This document shows, piece after piece, positions 54,111 to 64,000 of a stretch of DNA of 64,000 nucleotides. The position numbers and the translations under genes are program-made. The stretch is taken from assembly GCF_009914755.1 (NCBI RefSeq), contig NC_060932.1; one strand, 5' to 3'. The stretch comes from the human T2T-CHM13v2.0 reference genome, Homo sapiens. Below the pieces are notes generated by a model, which saw nothing but the letters and a program-made list of their open reading frames with translations, was not told the DNA's origin and ran no database searches. Each line of letters begins with the position of its first letter. Position 1 is the stretch's first letter.

Positions 54111-56879
54111 TAATTTTCTTGTAATTAATATGTGATGTGAATTTGGGAGGCACAAGGGCAATGAATGAAAGCTGGTAAATATTATAGTCAACATCTATAT
54201 AAAAAGCAGCAAGATTAATACATGATAAAAAGATACACCTTCTTCCCCTGATTCCCTCAGAACTATATTTGTTTCACTAACTCTCCTCACAGACTGAGAA
54301 AAACAGACTTATTCCTTCTTTACATTTGCATTGAGCCATGAAATCATGCCACAATTACTCAGGGAGGCTACCTGCTTTGATCTAAAAGAAAAGAGACTCT
54401 TGTGAGCCTGTAATTACCAAAAAATAAGGAGAAAATTGATTTGGTTGACATTTCTACAGCCATTCATTGTCTTTAAAGAGACTGTTATTTAATGAGATTT
54501 CCAAATTTCCAATAACATTCCCAGAGAATTTCTATTTGAAGGTGTTCCAGTCTTCAAATACGCCAGCTTCTCCCAATAACACTGTAAAGTCTCTATTAAC
54601 ATGCCCAGTTTTTATAAGTGAGGAATCAGAGCTGAAGATAAGTGAGGTAATCTGCCCTTGAATGTACAATATTAGGTGGCCAAGCTGGATTCAAGCCATA
54701 TTTCTGATGACCAGCCTCATGTCCCTGATCATGTAGGTCTATAACACCTCTGCAACAATTAGAAACTGTCCTGCCCACACAAGGTTCCAACTCAGCCGGT
54801 ATTTAAGTTGCTGCAAGTTTGGCCCTTAATTCTTATTTATAGCTCTAGTCCAGCATTTCTGAAATTGTGATTACCAAAATATAATCAATATTCCTAGGAG
54901 AATGATGCTCTGTTAAACAAAGTCAAAGAGTCCTCTTCACTTAGAACTCCACAGAGGCTTTAAAATGCATATATACATTATGAATCACAAAGAGAAGGAG
55001 AGAGCAGGCAGTTTCCCAAACTTGATGACTACAAAACTCTTTAAGAGTGTATGTATGTAATGGGGAGAGGTGATTGGGGCAGGTGAAAATATTTGTTACA
55101 CTCTCAAGAGACACTAATATTCCACAAACAAGAAGATTAAATGTAAGTAACATTTGTGTTTTAATTTGAAACAAAGTTTCAGTGGCTTAGAACTTTCTTT
55201 TCTTCACCTTTCAACACTCATATTTTTGTTGTGGTTGTGAAAACAGCTTGACCAATTTTAAATGGAATACTAAGGACACGAAATGTTTTTATTATTAAGA
55301 AACAGTTCTGTCCTTTGCAACTATATTCTTTCTTTAGTTTGACTTTATTTATTGCTCAGGTTGGTAGCAGTGATGAGGATGGAGGGAAGGATGGGAGTGA
55401 TGTAAGAAGGAAAATATAAAAAAACTCAAATAGGAGATGCAGAAATTGAAGAAATATGCAGAAATTGAAGTCAGTTACTTCTGCCAGGTAGATGTTATAT
55501 CTCTGAGGCTAACAAGATGATAAAATTCTAACACTGTTTTCTTGTCTTATTTATAATGTTCTACATTATATGTGATCATGTAAAAAACATTAGTATATCC
55601 AGTGATACAAAATAATTTGAAAAGAAAATTACTATGATGAGCTAAACACCTTCCTGCTGCAAGTCTGGCAGGAAAAGCTGCCTTCTAGTGGTCCTTTATC
55701 TGGCTTTGGATAAGAGAGAAGATCTAGACACTGGACATTTCTCTGTCTTGTCAACAATCCTCAGAACCACCTTCTAAGCAATTTCAGCCCTGTAAACCAC
55801 AAGCATGCAAGAAGGCTCTGCGTGACACTCATAGAAAGACTCTTAAAAGACATTGATACTTTTAAATTTGATTTAGTTTCAAAAACAGAATAAAGATTAT
55901 AATTACATTTGATTTAGTTCCAAAAACGGAGTCAAAAATCTTAACCTTTGACAAGACCTGTGTAAAGAAGCTGAGGTAAGCATTTCACATGGAGAGAGGG
56001 ATCAGGAATTCAGAACATTCCATAAAGAAACTTTGAAATTCAGAGCAAGTAAAGGGCAGGGCTTTACACTTATTTGTATTATGATAAAATATTCTGTTAT
56101 CACATCTGGAGCAAGGCACTCCCAGCTTGCTGAGGAATTTTCCTGGCACATCAAATATGTTTAAAATTGGATGTAACAGGAATCAAGTCTTCATTGTTTT
56201 ACTACTGCTCCTCCGGCAATATTAGGTTCACATCTAATGTAAATGTAAATTTTAATGCTTAGCTGGTTTTGATGCTGACTCTACAGACAAGTCAGTAATA
56301 TTGTTAAAGGGTAATGTATGAAAAAGTTCACTTCATGCTTTCTTTAAAGTGAAGGTTTAAAAAATGCAAAGGCAGAAGAAGGTCTGAAGTAAAGGACTGA
56401 ATGAAGGACAGAAATCAGATCATGTTCTGAAACATTCGTCTGAGTGCCATGGAAGCCAGGAAGTTGTAGCTGACCGAAGTCCTAGTGCTTACCCTAAGAG
56501 AACCACAACTTCAGGGAGACATTTTAGGTTCTTCAGGATGAAACCTTTGGAATAACCCGAAGCTGTAACAGATGGTGTGTTTGTCATTTTTGTAGTGTCA
56601 TTGCAGGCATATTTGGAAAGCCATTCTGAACTTTCACTTCAAGAACCACACGGAGAGTTATTTCACAGTTCAGTGCTGTTGGGTTGCAAGCCTGAGCACA
56701 GCACACGCTTTGAACCAGCATGATGAGATACACCCCGACTGCCAAAAATCCAGAGCTGGCAGGAATTCCCACAGTTTCCTAAGCCAACTTTGTTCAAGGC
56801 CCACTCCATCCTAAAAGAATCTGGTTAACAAAATTTTGCTTCATTTACTAGGTTTGTTTGCACGAATTATCTCCTACTG

Positions 56880-57480
56880 AAAAAGCATGGGATCCTGAGT
56901 CAAACAGAACAGGGTTTGAACTCTGGCTCTGCCTCCTACAAGCTGAGTGTTGTTGGGCATATTAAATCTCCTTCCTGAACCTTAATTTCTTTCTTTATAA
57001 AGTGAGGGCAATAACGTCATAAGTGAAAGGACTTCAAAGAGGAATACGTGAAAAACGTGTGTAAAATGCACCTGGAAGAATCCCTAGTTCATAGTGGATA
57101 TTCCCTAAATGTTCGTTCAACTTCGAAATTTTTAAATATGATTTTATTAGGGGAGAAGAAAACTAGCTTGTGGTTAAATGTTTCCCATCCATAGTTACTG
57201 ACTAAAAGATAGAACTACTAAAGTTATAGCCAAGAACATCATTTTCCCTAGGGCATATCGATAAAATCTTGCAGTTTGCATTACGGAGGTATTAGGAGGT
57301 CATGCTGGTTAATAGTTAAGCTAGGCAACAATTCTATTTCAAATCAAATCCTCATTCTAATGCCTCTTAATTGGGTAATCTTGTTATTTAATCTCTCAGC
57401 GACTTGGTTTTCTCATCTATAAAATGAGAATTATATTAATCACTACCTTATAGGGTAGTTTAAAGTGTCTAACATACAGT
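56880..57480 (+). mobile_element. Two MIR SINEs (about 56880-57110 and 57310-57480)
   Basis: GGGTTTGAACTCTGGCTCTGCC and TTTTCTCATCTATAAAATGAG..CTACCTTATAGGG. Confidence 0.7.
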
Positions 57481-57574
57481 ATGTATCAAATCTACATCAG
57501 TTTTTCTTTGAATTACTATTAGTTGTTTCATTAAAATTATTAGCAATTATTAATTGTTCTCTCTGTATTCATTA

Positions 57575-58215
57575 AAATAACTAAGATTACACTGGGCTAA
57601 CAACCCCAAAATTTCAAGGGCTTTAAACAACAAAGGCTTTAAAAATTTTATTTATTTTTTTTTAGAGGCAGAGTTTCACCCTGTTGTCCAGCCTACAGTG
57701 CAGTAGCGTGATCATAGCTTACTGCATCCAAAAACTCCTGGGCTCAAGTGATCCTTCCGCCCCAGTCTCCCAGGCAAGTACCATGTGCCCAGCTAAGTTT
57801 TTAAAAATGTTTTCTAGAGATAAGTCTCGCTGTGTTGTCCAGGCTCATCTCAAAATCCTGGCCTCAAAGGATCCTCCCACCTCCCAAAGTGCTGGGATTA
57901 CCAGCATGAGCTACCATGCCCAGCTGACAATGATTTCTTTCTAGTTTATGAAAAATGACCAATGTGGTTTGGCAGGAGCTCAGCTTACTGTTCTGTTCAT
58001 CATAGACCCTCACAGACACATACTGAAGGGGAATCCATCTTCATGCATGCTTACATCATTACTGTAGTAGCAGAAGAACTCTAGAGGGTCTGGCATTGTC
58101 AATTAAATGCTTAATTCTGGAATTGAATCACAACCCACTAGATAGAACCAGTCACACATCCTCACCCCAATACAAAGGAAGGGACTGGGATGTGTAATTC
58201 TCCCATATGCTTCAA
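57575..58215. mobile_element. Old MLT1 (K/L-like) MaLR LTR interrupted by a minus-strand AluJ (57645-57925)
   Basis: AACAACCCCAAAATTTCA..GGCTTTAAACAACAAAG, CAATTAAATGCT and AGAACCAGTCACA. The Alu dimer sits inside. Confidence 0.7.
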
Positions 58216-58312
58216 TGAAGCAAGAAATCATATACTGGTGCATAGTTAGGAGTCTACCACCTTCTTCAATTGCTTACTTTAAGAGTTTTCCTTACTTATG
58301 CTGGCATAGCAT

Positions 58313-58361
58313 AATTAAAAGTAATGGCAAAAATTGCAATTATTTTTGCACCAACCTAATA
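58313..58361. mobile_element. Partial MADE1 (Hsmar1 MITE)
   Basis: TTAAAAGTAATGGCAAAAATTGCAATTATTTTTGCACCAACCTAATA is one TIR plus the centre. Confidence 0.88.
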
Positions 58362-58396
58362 TTTGGAGAAAAGGAAAAAGAAATATTTCCTCTTCA

Positions 58397-58774
<378 letters not shown>

Positions 58775-59122
58775 TTATTTCTTTATTTTCATGTTACTTA
58801 AATAAAGGAAGGAATAGCTATAATTGAGCTCTAGATTCTTATAACTCCTAAAATAGCTGAACATAAAATTATTTTAAAATCAGATAAATTTATGTAAAAC
58901 AAAATGAGAATAATTACTAAAAAATTCATGTAAGGAATAACTTTTGCCTTAGTTATCAACAGGAACTATAAATTCTCTATTCACATTTTATACTACAAAA
59001 ATATTTTTTTCTTTCAAGATTAAATTGTTTAGCATGGACGAATCAGGTTCTTCTCCATTATCTAAAACTGATCAGGAAATTAACTCTCCAATGAATATTT
59101 TTGTCCTGGTGGCCTGTGATAC

Positions 59123-59587
59123 TGAGAGGTGAAGCCAGCTGAACTTCTGGGTCCAGTGGGGAGTTGGAGAACTTTTCTGTCTTACAAGAGGATTGTAAAA
59201 TGCACCAATCAGCACTCTGTAGCTAGGATTGTAAAACGCACCAATCAGTGCTCTGTGGCTAGCTAGAGATTTGTAAAATGGACCAATCAGCACTCTGTAA
59301 AACGGACCAATCAGTGCTCTGTAAAATGGACCAATCAGCAGGACATGGGTGGGGACAAACAAGGGAATTAAAAACTAGCCACCCCAGCCAGCAGCACAAC
59401 CCACTTGGGTCCCCTTCTAGGCTGTGGGAACTTTATTATTTTACTCTTCACAATAAATCTTGCTGCTGCTCACTCTTTGGGTGTGCACTACCTTTAAGAG
59501 CTGTAACACTCACCACGGAGGTCCACGGTTTCATTCTTGAAGTCAGCGAGACCATGAACCTGCTGGAAGGAACCAACTCTGGACACA
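59123..59587 (+). mobile_element. LTR12F-like (HERV9) solo LTR with a 4-bp TSD
   Basis: TGAGAGGTGAAGCCAGCTG start and CTCTGGACACA end. TSD ATAC at 59119-59122 and 59588-59591. Five CCAATCAG repeats and AATAAA at about 59451. Confidence 0.93.
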
Positions 59588-59681
59588 ATACTTGGTTTCA
59601 CAAGAATCATTAATCTATTCCTAGAATCTGACACAATACTTGGTTTCACAAGAATCACTAATCTATTCCTAGAATCTGACA
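59582..59681 (+). repeat. 48-bp tandem duplication (2 copies, 1 mismatch)
   Basis: GACACAATACTTGGTTTCACAAGAATCA(T/C)TAATCTATTCCTAGAATCT at 59582 and 59630, followed by GACA. Confidence 0.97.
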
Positions 59682-60559
59682 AGTATCACATAACTATAAA
59701 GACAATAGTTTGTAAAATGACAAAATGTAAATACTATGTGTTGATATATGCATACTACATATCCTCTGTGGACTTTATTACTAATCCACAAAATATCAAA
59801 AACCCAAAACCCGTCGCCAAGCTAACCTCAGAATTGTTTAGCCAGGGCTGGTTCATCTCTGTGTGAAAGAATGATTTGAAAAACTTCAGTTCAGGTTTCC
59901 ACAAGATTCTTCTTTTTCCTTTCAGTAGCAATAAAATCCAAACATTGTTTCTGATTTTACTTTTTCTTCTGATTCAATCTTTAGAATTACTTACAAAATT
60001 GATGTTAAAAAAATCTGAAGCAATCTTTGTTCAAGATTATTCAAATTCCTTCCTTTTCACTCCCCATTAGCTCATGATTATTGATACATATTTGAAAGCT
60101 TAGACTGTGGGTTTTTCGCTTTGCCACGTTTCTTTTCAACACTGAAGACATTAAGCAAAAGGTGGCAATCGTCCCCTGCTGACAGATAGAACATGATAGA
60201 ACATACTCCTTTTTTTTGTTCAGTAATCACAACATTACAGCCTATTCATGAAACCACTTTACAGACTGTGATTTTTGAAAACTCCTTTTATACAAAAAAA
60301 AAATCACATATAAAAGGAGTCCTGTCCTATTGAGTAACTGCCACCCAGAGCTGGCAGTCCTCCGTCACAAATGAAAGTCTTCATCCCTTTCCCATCTGGC
60401 AGGCGCAACAACTGTGATGATAATCGGTGCCACTGTGGTGGTGGCTTTTGTGTCTGCCCTACTCTTTCTGCCTGACCCACCCCAAAACCTGCCAAGTCTT
60501 TAGATCTTCTGTTTGGAAGTTCGTTAACTGCAAATTAAATGCAAAATTGTATCTATACT

Positions 60560-60562
<3 letters not shown>

Positions 60563-60608
<46 letters not shown>

Positions 60609-60630
60609 TTATATATGTATGTATGTATAT
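60563..60630. repeat. (TA)n/(TATG)n microsatellite
   Basis: Read directly from the sequence. Confidence 0.95.
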
Positions 60631-61061
60631 TTCTGCAGAGAAGGCATTTACTTCTCATCAGCTACTCAAAATGGATTTATGACCCCCCAACATTTTAGAA
60701 GCCACAGTAATTGTTAGGTTTTCATTACAGGGCATGCAGCCATTTAGAACTCGTGGTATGTCCATGTGGGGGCTGGAAGGCAGTACCAGCTGTAAGTGGA
60801 GATCCAGGCTGACAGGTGGATGTTGCATGCAGGTTACAGGCCCACAGCTACAGATAATATCCAGAAAGTTGAACCTAAGCCACAAGATTTCCCAGTGGCC
60901 CAGTAGAACCCTGTAGCTGACATTTATGTGGCCGATCTGACAGACAGACAGCATCAGGGTAGTCTACTCACAGCTGGCAGCAAAGCTGCTGGACTCAGCC
61001 TAAGTAGTGACAAGAGGGACCTTGGGACTCAGGACTGGTCAGAGGAGGACAGTGGGTTTTA

Positions 61062-61416
<355 letters not shown>

Positions 61417-62109
61417 TCTAGGTTCTAGTTATCAGAATTAGAACACAAGGTGCAAATCATAACTGGGAACCATGTGTAGCTGAGTCTGCCCCCGACACTA
61501 AAAACCATTTTCTTCTTCCCCCAGAGTAATAGAATTATAGTTGAGTGCATACATATCCAATATAAATAGATGTGTAATATATACTGTGTGTGTGTGTGTG
61601 TGTGTGTGTATGTATATATATATTATATATCACTTTTATATGTTTGTGTGTATTTGAAAAAGATCAAGTATTTACTGAGATCCTATCATAGACCAGGCAC
61701 TAGGCTCAATTCAAGAGGGAGAAAAGTGAAAAAGAAATGAGTCTTGCACACCATGTGCTCAATAGCTATTAAGACGAAGATACTTATGGTAGAAGATTAT
61801 AATATGACAAGTTATCTAGGAGGCATATCAGATGCTGATGGAGTTCAGAGGAAGCTGTGCTGAAATTTTCCCATGATCTCAGGAGCAGGCTTTCCTAACA
61901 GTGAGGCCTGTATGCCAGGGCCCTGGGATGATGCTGTATCTGCTGATGGACAGCAAGTGTTCTTGGCTATGAGAAGAGGTCTTCAGGACCCAGGCACATG
62001 CTGATGAGGTCCAGGTAATAATTCTGCAATTGGTGTCTGGATCTGGACCCCTGGCATAGACGCCAGCTCCAGTGCCTTCCAGAATGAGCTGCAAGATCTG
62101 TGGTAACTC

Positions 62110-62360
62110 ATTTAGGAGAGCTCTGGCATCCGACCCGGGTCCCCCAATGCCACTGCACAGCTATTCACCAAGCAGAAGAAAGACCTTGGCAACTCTCTTC
62201 ATCTCACCAAGCCTCGGTTTCCTCATCAGTGCAGTGAAGATAGTAATATTTCCTAGCTCATGATGTCACAAAAATTAAATTAGATAATTCATGAAAAGTG
62301 CTTAGCAGAGTTTCCAACACATGGTAATCACTCAGAAAACATTTGTTAGTATTATGATTA
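62110..62360 (+). mobile_element. MIR SINE
   Basis: GACCTTGGCAA, AGCCTCGGTTTCCTCATC and AAAGTGCTTAGCAGAG. Confidence 0.75.
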
Positions 62361-62379
62361 TTACATACAAGTAAATTAG

Positions 62380-64000
62380 GTGGTAATACTGTCCCAAGCA
62401 ACCTACAGATTCAATGAAATCCCTACCAAAATCCCAATGAAATTTTTGCAGAAATGGAAAAATCCATGCTAAAATTTACATGGAATTTTGAGGGACTTCG
62501 AATACCCAAAACAATCTTGAAAAAGAGCATAGCTGTAGCTCTCAGACTTTCTGATTTCAAAACTTACTATAAAGCTACAGTAATGAAAACAGCATGGTAC
62601 TGGCATAAAGATAGTCAAACAGACAAATGGAATAGACTATAGAGCCCAGAAATAAATGCTCACATATGTAGTCAAATGATTTTCAACAAGAGTGCCAAGA
62701 CCATTCAATGGGGAAAGGACAGTCTTTTCAACAAATGGTGCTAAGGAAACTGTAAGTCTGCATGCAAAAGAATGGAGTTGCACTCTTACCTGACAATATA
62801 TACAAAAATTAACTCAAAATGAAGCAAAGGCCAAAATGTAAGGCCTAAAACTATAAAACTCTTAGAAGAAAAAAATTGAGAAAAGATTCATGATCTTAGA
62901 TTTGGCAATAATTTCTTGGCTATGACACTAAAGACAGACAATTAAGGAAAATATATAAATTGTACTTCATCAAAATTAAAAACTTTTCTGCATAAAAGGA
63001 CACTATCAACAGAGTTAAAAGGCAGTTCACAGAATGGGAGAAAATATTTGCAAATTACATATCTGATTAGGTATTAATATCCAGAATATAGAGTGAATTC
63101 CTAAAACTCAACATCAAAAAAAAAAAGAAAAACAAAAACAAAAACAAAAACAAAAAACCCGATTCAGAAATGAGGTAAGGACTTGAATAGACACTTCTCC
63201 AAAGAAGACATATAAATGGTCAATAAGCACATGAAAAAAAATACTCAACACCGCTAACAACTAATCATTAGGGAAATGCAAATCAAAGCCAAAATGAGAT
63301 ACCACTTTACCCATTAGGATGGCTATTATTAAAAAAAAAAAAACATAGAAAATAACAAATGTTGGCAAGGACACAGAGAAATTGGAACATTTGTATATTG
63401 CTGATGGAATGCAAAATGGTACATCCACTGTGGAAATCAGTATGATGGTTCCTCAAAAAAATTAAACATAGAGTTATCATTTGACCCAGCAATTCCACTT
63501 TTGGGTATATAGACAAAATAATTTTAAGCAAGGACTAGAACAGATATTTGTATCCCAATCATCATAGAAATATTATTCACAATAGCCAAAATGTAGAAAC
63601 AACTTAAGTCTCATCAACAGACGAAGAGATTAACAAAATGGCTGTATACATAAAATACAATATTATGCAGCCTTAAAAGGAATGAAATCCTAATACAAGC
63701 TACAATGTGAACTTTGAGAACATAATGCCAGGCAAAATAAACCAGATACAAAAAGATAAATATTGTATGATTCCACTTACATGAGGAACCTAAAGTAGTC
63801 AAATTCATAGAGACAGAAAGAGAATAGTGGTTATCAGAGGCTGGGGAGAAGGAAGAATGAGGAGTTAATTGCCATAGAGTGTCAACATGGAGTGATGAAA
63901 AAGTCCTAGAGATGGGTGGTGGTGATGGCTGCACAACAATGTAAATGTTCTTAATGCCACTCAATTGTACACTTAAAATTGGTTAAAATCGTAAATTTTA
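62380..64000 (+). mobile_element. L1MB-type LINE-1 (ORF2 3' part and 3'UTR) running to the window edge
   Basis: Peptide LSDFKTYYKATVMKTAWYWHKD. 3'UTR GTAGTCAAATTCATAGAGACAGAAAG...CACTCAATTGTACACTTAAAA. Confidence 0.92.

Noticed and set aside
56584-56772. 62-aa minus-strand ORF with a hydrophobic, signal-peptide-like N-terminus
   Set aside because: The annotated start is GTG, the only internal ATG near the start follows the hydrophobic stretch, and I recognise no homology.
58313-58361. MADE1 as a miR-548-type hairpin
   Set aside because: Only one TIR is present, so the defining hairpin cannot form.
59185-59345. Short regularly spaced repeats resembling a CRISPR-like array
   Set aside because: These are the known CCAAT-containing U3 tandem repeats of LTR12, with no unique spacers, in a primate genome.
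60413-60476. TGATGA ... CTGA pair suggesting a C/D box snoRNA
   Set aside because: There is no terminal stem, no clear C'/D' boxes and no recognisable rRNA guide. Such pairs are expected by chance.

Overview
This is AT-rich, repeat-dense catarrhine primate (most likely human) genomic DNA, intergenic or deep intronic. I found no intact protein-coding gene, tRNA, rRNA or CpG island, and I cannot name the locus. The window opens inside a nearly full-length, inactivated L1PA4/5-type LINE-1 on the minus strand (1-5841; its 3' end runs off the window). The rest is a layered record of transposons: L2, MIR, L3, older L1M and L1PA fragments, about 12 Alus, MaLR, MER21 and MER34/39-type LTRs, an LTR12F solo LTR, hAT and Tc-mariner MITEs, and microsatellites. 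Every long ORF in the track is an L1 or Alu remnant or looks like a chance ORF. I do not see evidence for a new biological system. The most unusual structures are a near-perfect 110-bp fold-back hairpin built inside an L2 (12610-12719), a relic L2 that still shows endonuclease motifs (about 6340-6870), an L1 whose ORF0 start codon is deleted, an LTR12F with a 48-bp tandem duplication at its 3' junction, and an Alu fragment sealing a deletion of about 0.5 kb in an L1. Repeat family names come from recalled consensus sequences and were not checked against a database. Boundaries of old repeats are approximate.
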